A stretch of DNA of 48,346 bases from an uncultured Chitinophaga sp. (GTDB lineage: Bacteria > Bacteroidota > Bacteroidia > Bacteroidales > GCA-2748055), in contig CAYOLQ010000010.1 in assembly GCA_964404825.1 (NCBI GenBank), forward strand, positions 1-48,346. Reading direction: 5' to 3'. Position numbers and translations under genes: made by a program. The notes beneath the pieces were generated by a model. The model saw only the letters and a list, made by a program, of their open reading frames with translations, ran no database searches and had not been told where the DNA came from. Shown piece by piece: positions 47,014 to 48,346 of the stretch (position 1 is the first letter of the stretch; each line of letters begins with the position of its first letter).

Positions 47014-48346
47014 ATGTCCTTAAAAAGTAATTCAAACGCCCGATATCTCAGAATCCTTTGGGCGATATTCATACTACCCATTCTGATATTAGTTGTTCTG
47101 TTTATCTTAATATCCCAGAGACAGTTAGGCTACCTTCCTAGTTTCGAAGATTTGGAGAATCCACAGAATAATCTTGCTTCAGAAGTATTCTCTGAGGACA
47201 GTGTTTTGCTTGGAAAATATTTTATTGAAAACAGAACATTTGTCGAATATCACGATTTATCGCCTAATCTGATAAATGCTTTAGTCGCAACCGAAGATAT
47301 CCGGTTCAAGAAACATTCAGGTATTGACGCAAGAGGTCTGGCCAGAGTGTTTTTCAGAACTATCCTTGGCGGGCAGAATGCCGGTGGAGGAAGTACCATT
47401 ACCCAGCAGCTTGCCAAAAATCTTTTCGACACCCGCGCGTTAAAAGGAGAAAGCAAAATCTCACGGAAACTTCATCTGATACTGTTTAAACTGAAGGAAT
47501 GGCACACAGCTGTTCGCCTCGAACGGTATTATACCAAAAACGAGATCCTTGTAATGTATCTGAACACTGTGTCGTTCGGGCAAGAAGCATATGGTATTAA
47601 ATCCGCATCCAGGATTTTTTTCGATACCACACCCGATTCTCTTAAGATTGAACAGTCTGCTATCCTGGTCGGGGTATTGCGGGCTCCAACCTATTACAGC
47701 CCGGTACAGAATCCGGAAAATTCTCTGAAAAGACGTAATGTGGTACTTGGCCAGATGGCTAAGTATGATTTTATTACCCGGGAAGTCCGTGATTCATTAG
47801 CATCATTCCCCCTGGAACTGAATTACAGAGTGCAGAGTCATAATGTAGGTTATGCCACACACTTCAGAACCTATCTGAGAACTATTATGATGGCAGGGAA
47901 ACCTGAAAAAGCGAATTACTTTTCTTATGATCGTTTTATGGAGGATTCAGCCCAATGGGAAACGGATCCCCTTTACGGATGGTGCAATAAAAATTTCAAA
48001 CCCGATGGATCACCTTACAATCTTTATCGGGATGGAATAAAAATATATACATCCATCAACTCGAAAATGCAAAAGTATGCCGAGGAAGCCGTTGACAAAC
48101 ATTTGGGAGAAACATTACAGAATGAATTTTTTATAAATCAGAAAGGAAACAGAAAAGCTCCTTTTTCTGATGACCTTACAAATCAGGATATTGACAGGAT
48201 CATGATGCAATCGGTAAGACGAACCGATACCTACAGAAACCTTCGTGCAAAAGGTCTTGAGCAGGATTCGATAATGAAGATTTTCAAAACCCCCAGAAGA
48301 ATGAAGATTTTTACCTGGAAGGGTGAGAGGGATACAATCTTGTCAC
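47014..48346 (+). CDS. mrcA: Class A penicillin-binding protein (PBP1A), partial, runs off the window
   Basis: Not in the ORF track. My translation from ATG 47014 gives MSLKSNSNARYLRILWAIFILP..., then the transglycosylase motifs 'ATEDIRFKKHSGID', 'GGGSTITQQLAKNLF', 'KLKEW' and 'MYLN'. Confidence 0.93.
   Translation, partial: MSLKSNSNARYLRILWAIFILPILILVVLFILISQRQLGYLPSFEDLENPQNNLASEVFSEDSVLLGKYFIENRTFVEYHDLSPNLINALVATEDIRFKKHSGIDARGLARVFFRTILGGQNAGGGSTITQQLAKNLFDTRALKGESKISRKLHLILFKLKEWHTAVRLERYYTKNEILVMYLNTVSFGQEAYGIKSASRIFFDTTPDSLKIEQSAILVGVLRAPTYYSPVQNPENSLKRRNVVLGQMAKYDFITREVRDSLASFPLELNYRVQSHNVGYATHFRTYLRTIMMAGKPEKANYFSYDRFMEDSAQWETDPLYGWCNKNFKPDGSPYNLYRDGIKIYTSINSKMQKYAEEAVDKHLGETLQNEFFINQKGNRKAPFSDDLTNQDIDRIMMQSVRRTDTYRNLRAKGLEQDSIMKIFKTPRRMKIFTWKGERDTILS

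Noticed and set aside
47250-47456. 68-aa minus-strand ORF in the track
   Set aside because: It is antisense to the real PBP1A gene, which the track missed because the gene has no stop codon in the window.

Overview
Chromosomal window from a Bacteroidota genome, most likely an anaerobic, non-gut Bacteroidales. This rests on the PorP-GldKLMN operon, T9SS cargo proteins and TAnnTTTG promoter boxes ahead of many genes. T9SS and surface genes: a LolC/E-type permease, a 1940-aa SprB-repeat T9SS type-B cargo with a near-exact 945-bp internal tandem duplication and its PorP/SprF partner, a T9SS type-A secreted serine protease, gldA followed by three envelope genes of unknown function, and porP-gldKLMN. 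Housekeeping genes: rpoN, asnS, topA, manC, mlaEF and a partial PBP1A. There is also a compact polysulfide/thiosulfate reductase module (mobA, psrABC, two YeeE/YedE proteins, rhodanese). The two most interesting unexplained signals are (i) a ~150-nt GC-rich, structured, apparently independently promoted intergenic RNA candidate at 20522-20673 carrying a duplicated TAGGGGC...CTAACTAAAC module, and (ii) a rhodanese-fold protein that appears to lack its catalytic Cys but ends in a SoxY-like flexible ...KVQGGC tail inside the psr operon. I saw no CRISPR array, tRNA, rRNA or mobile element. All calls come from reading motifs by eye; no database searches were run.
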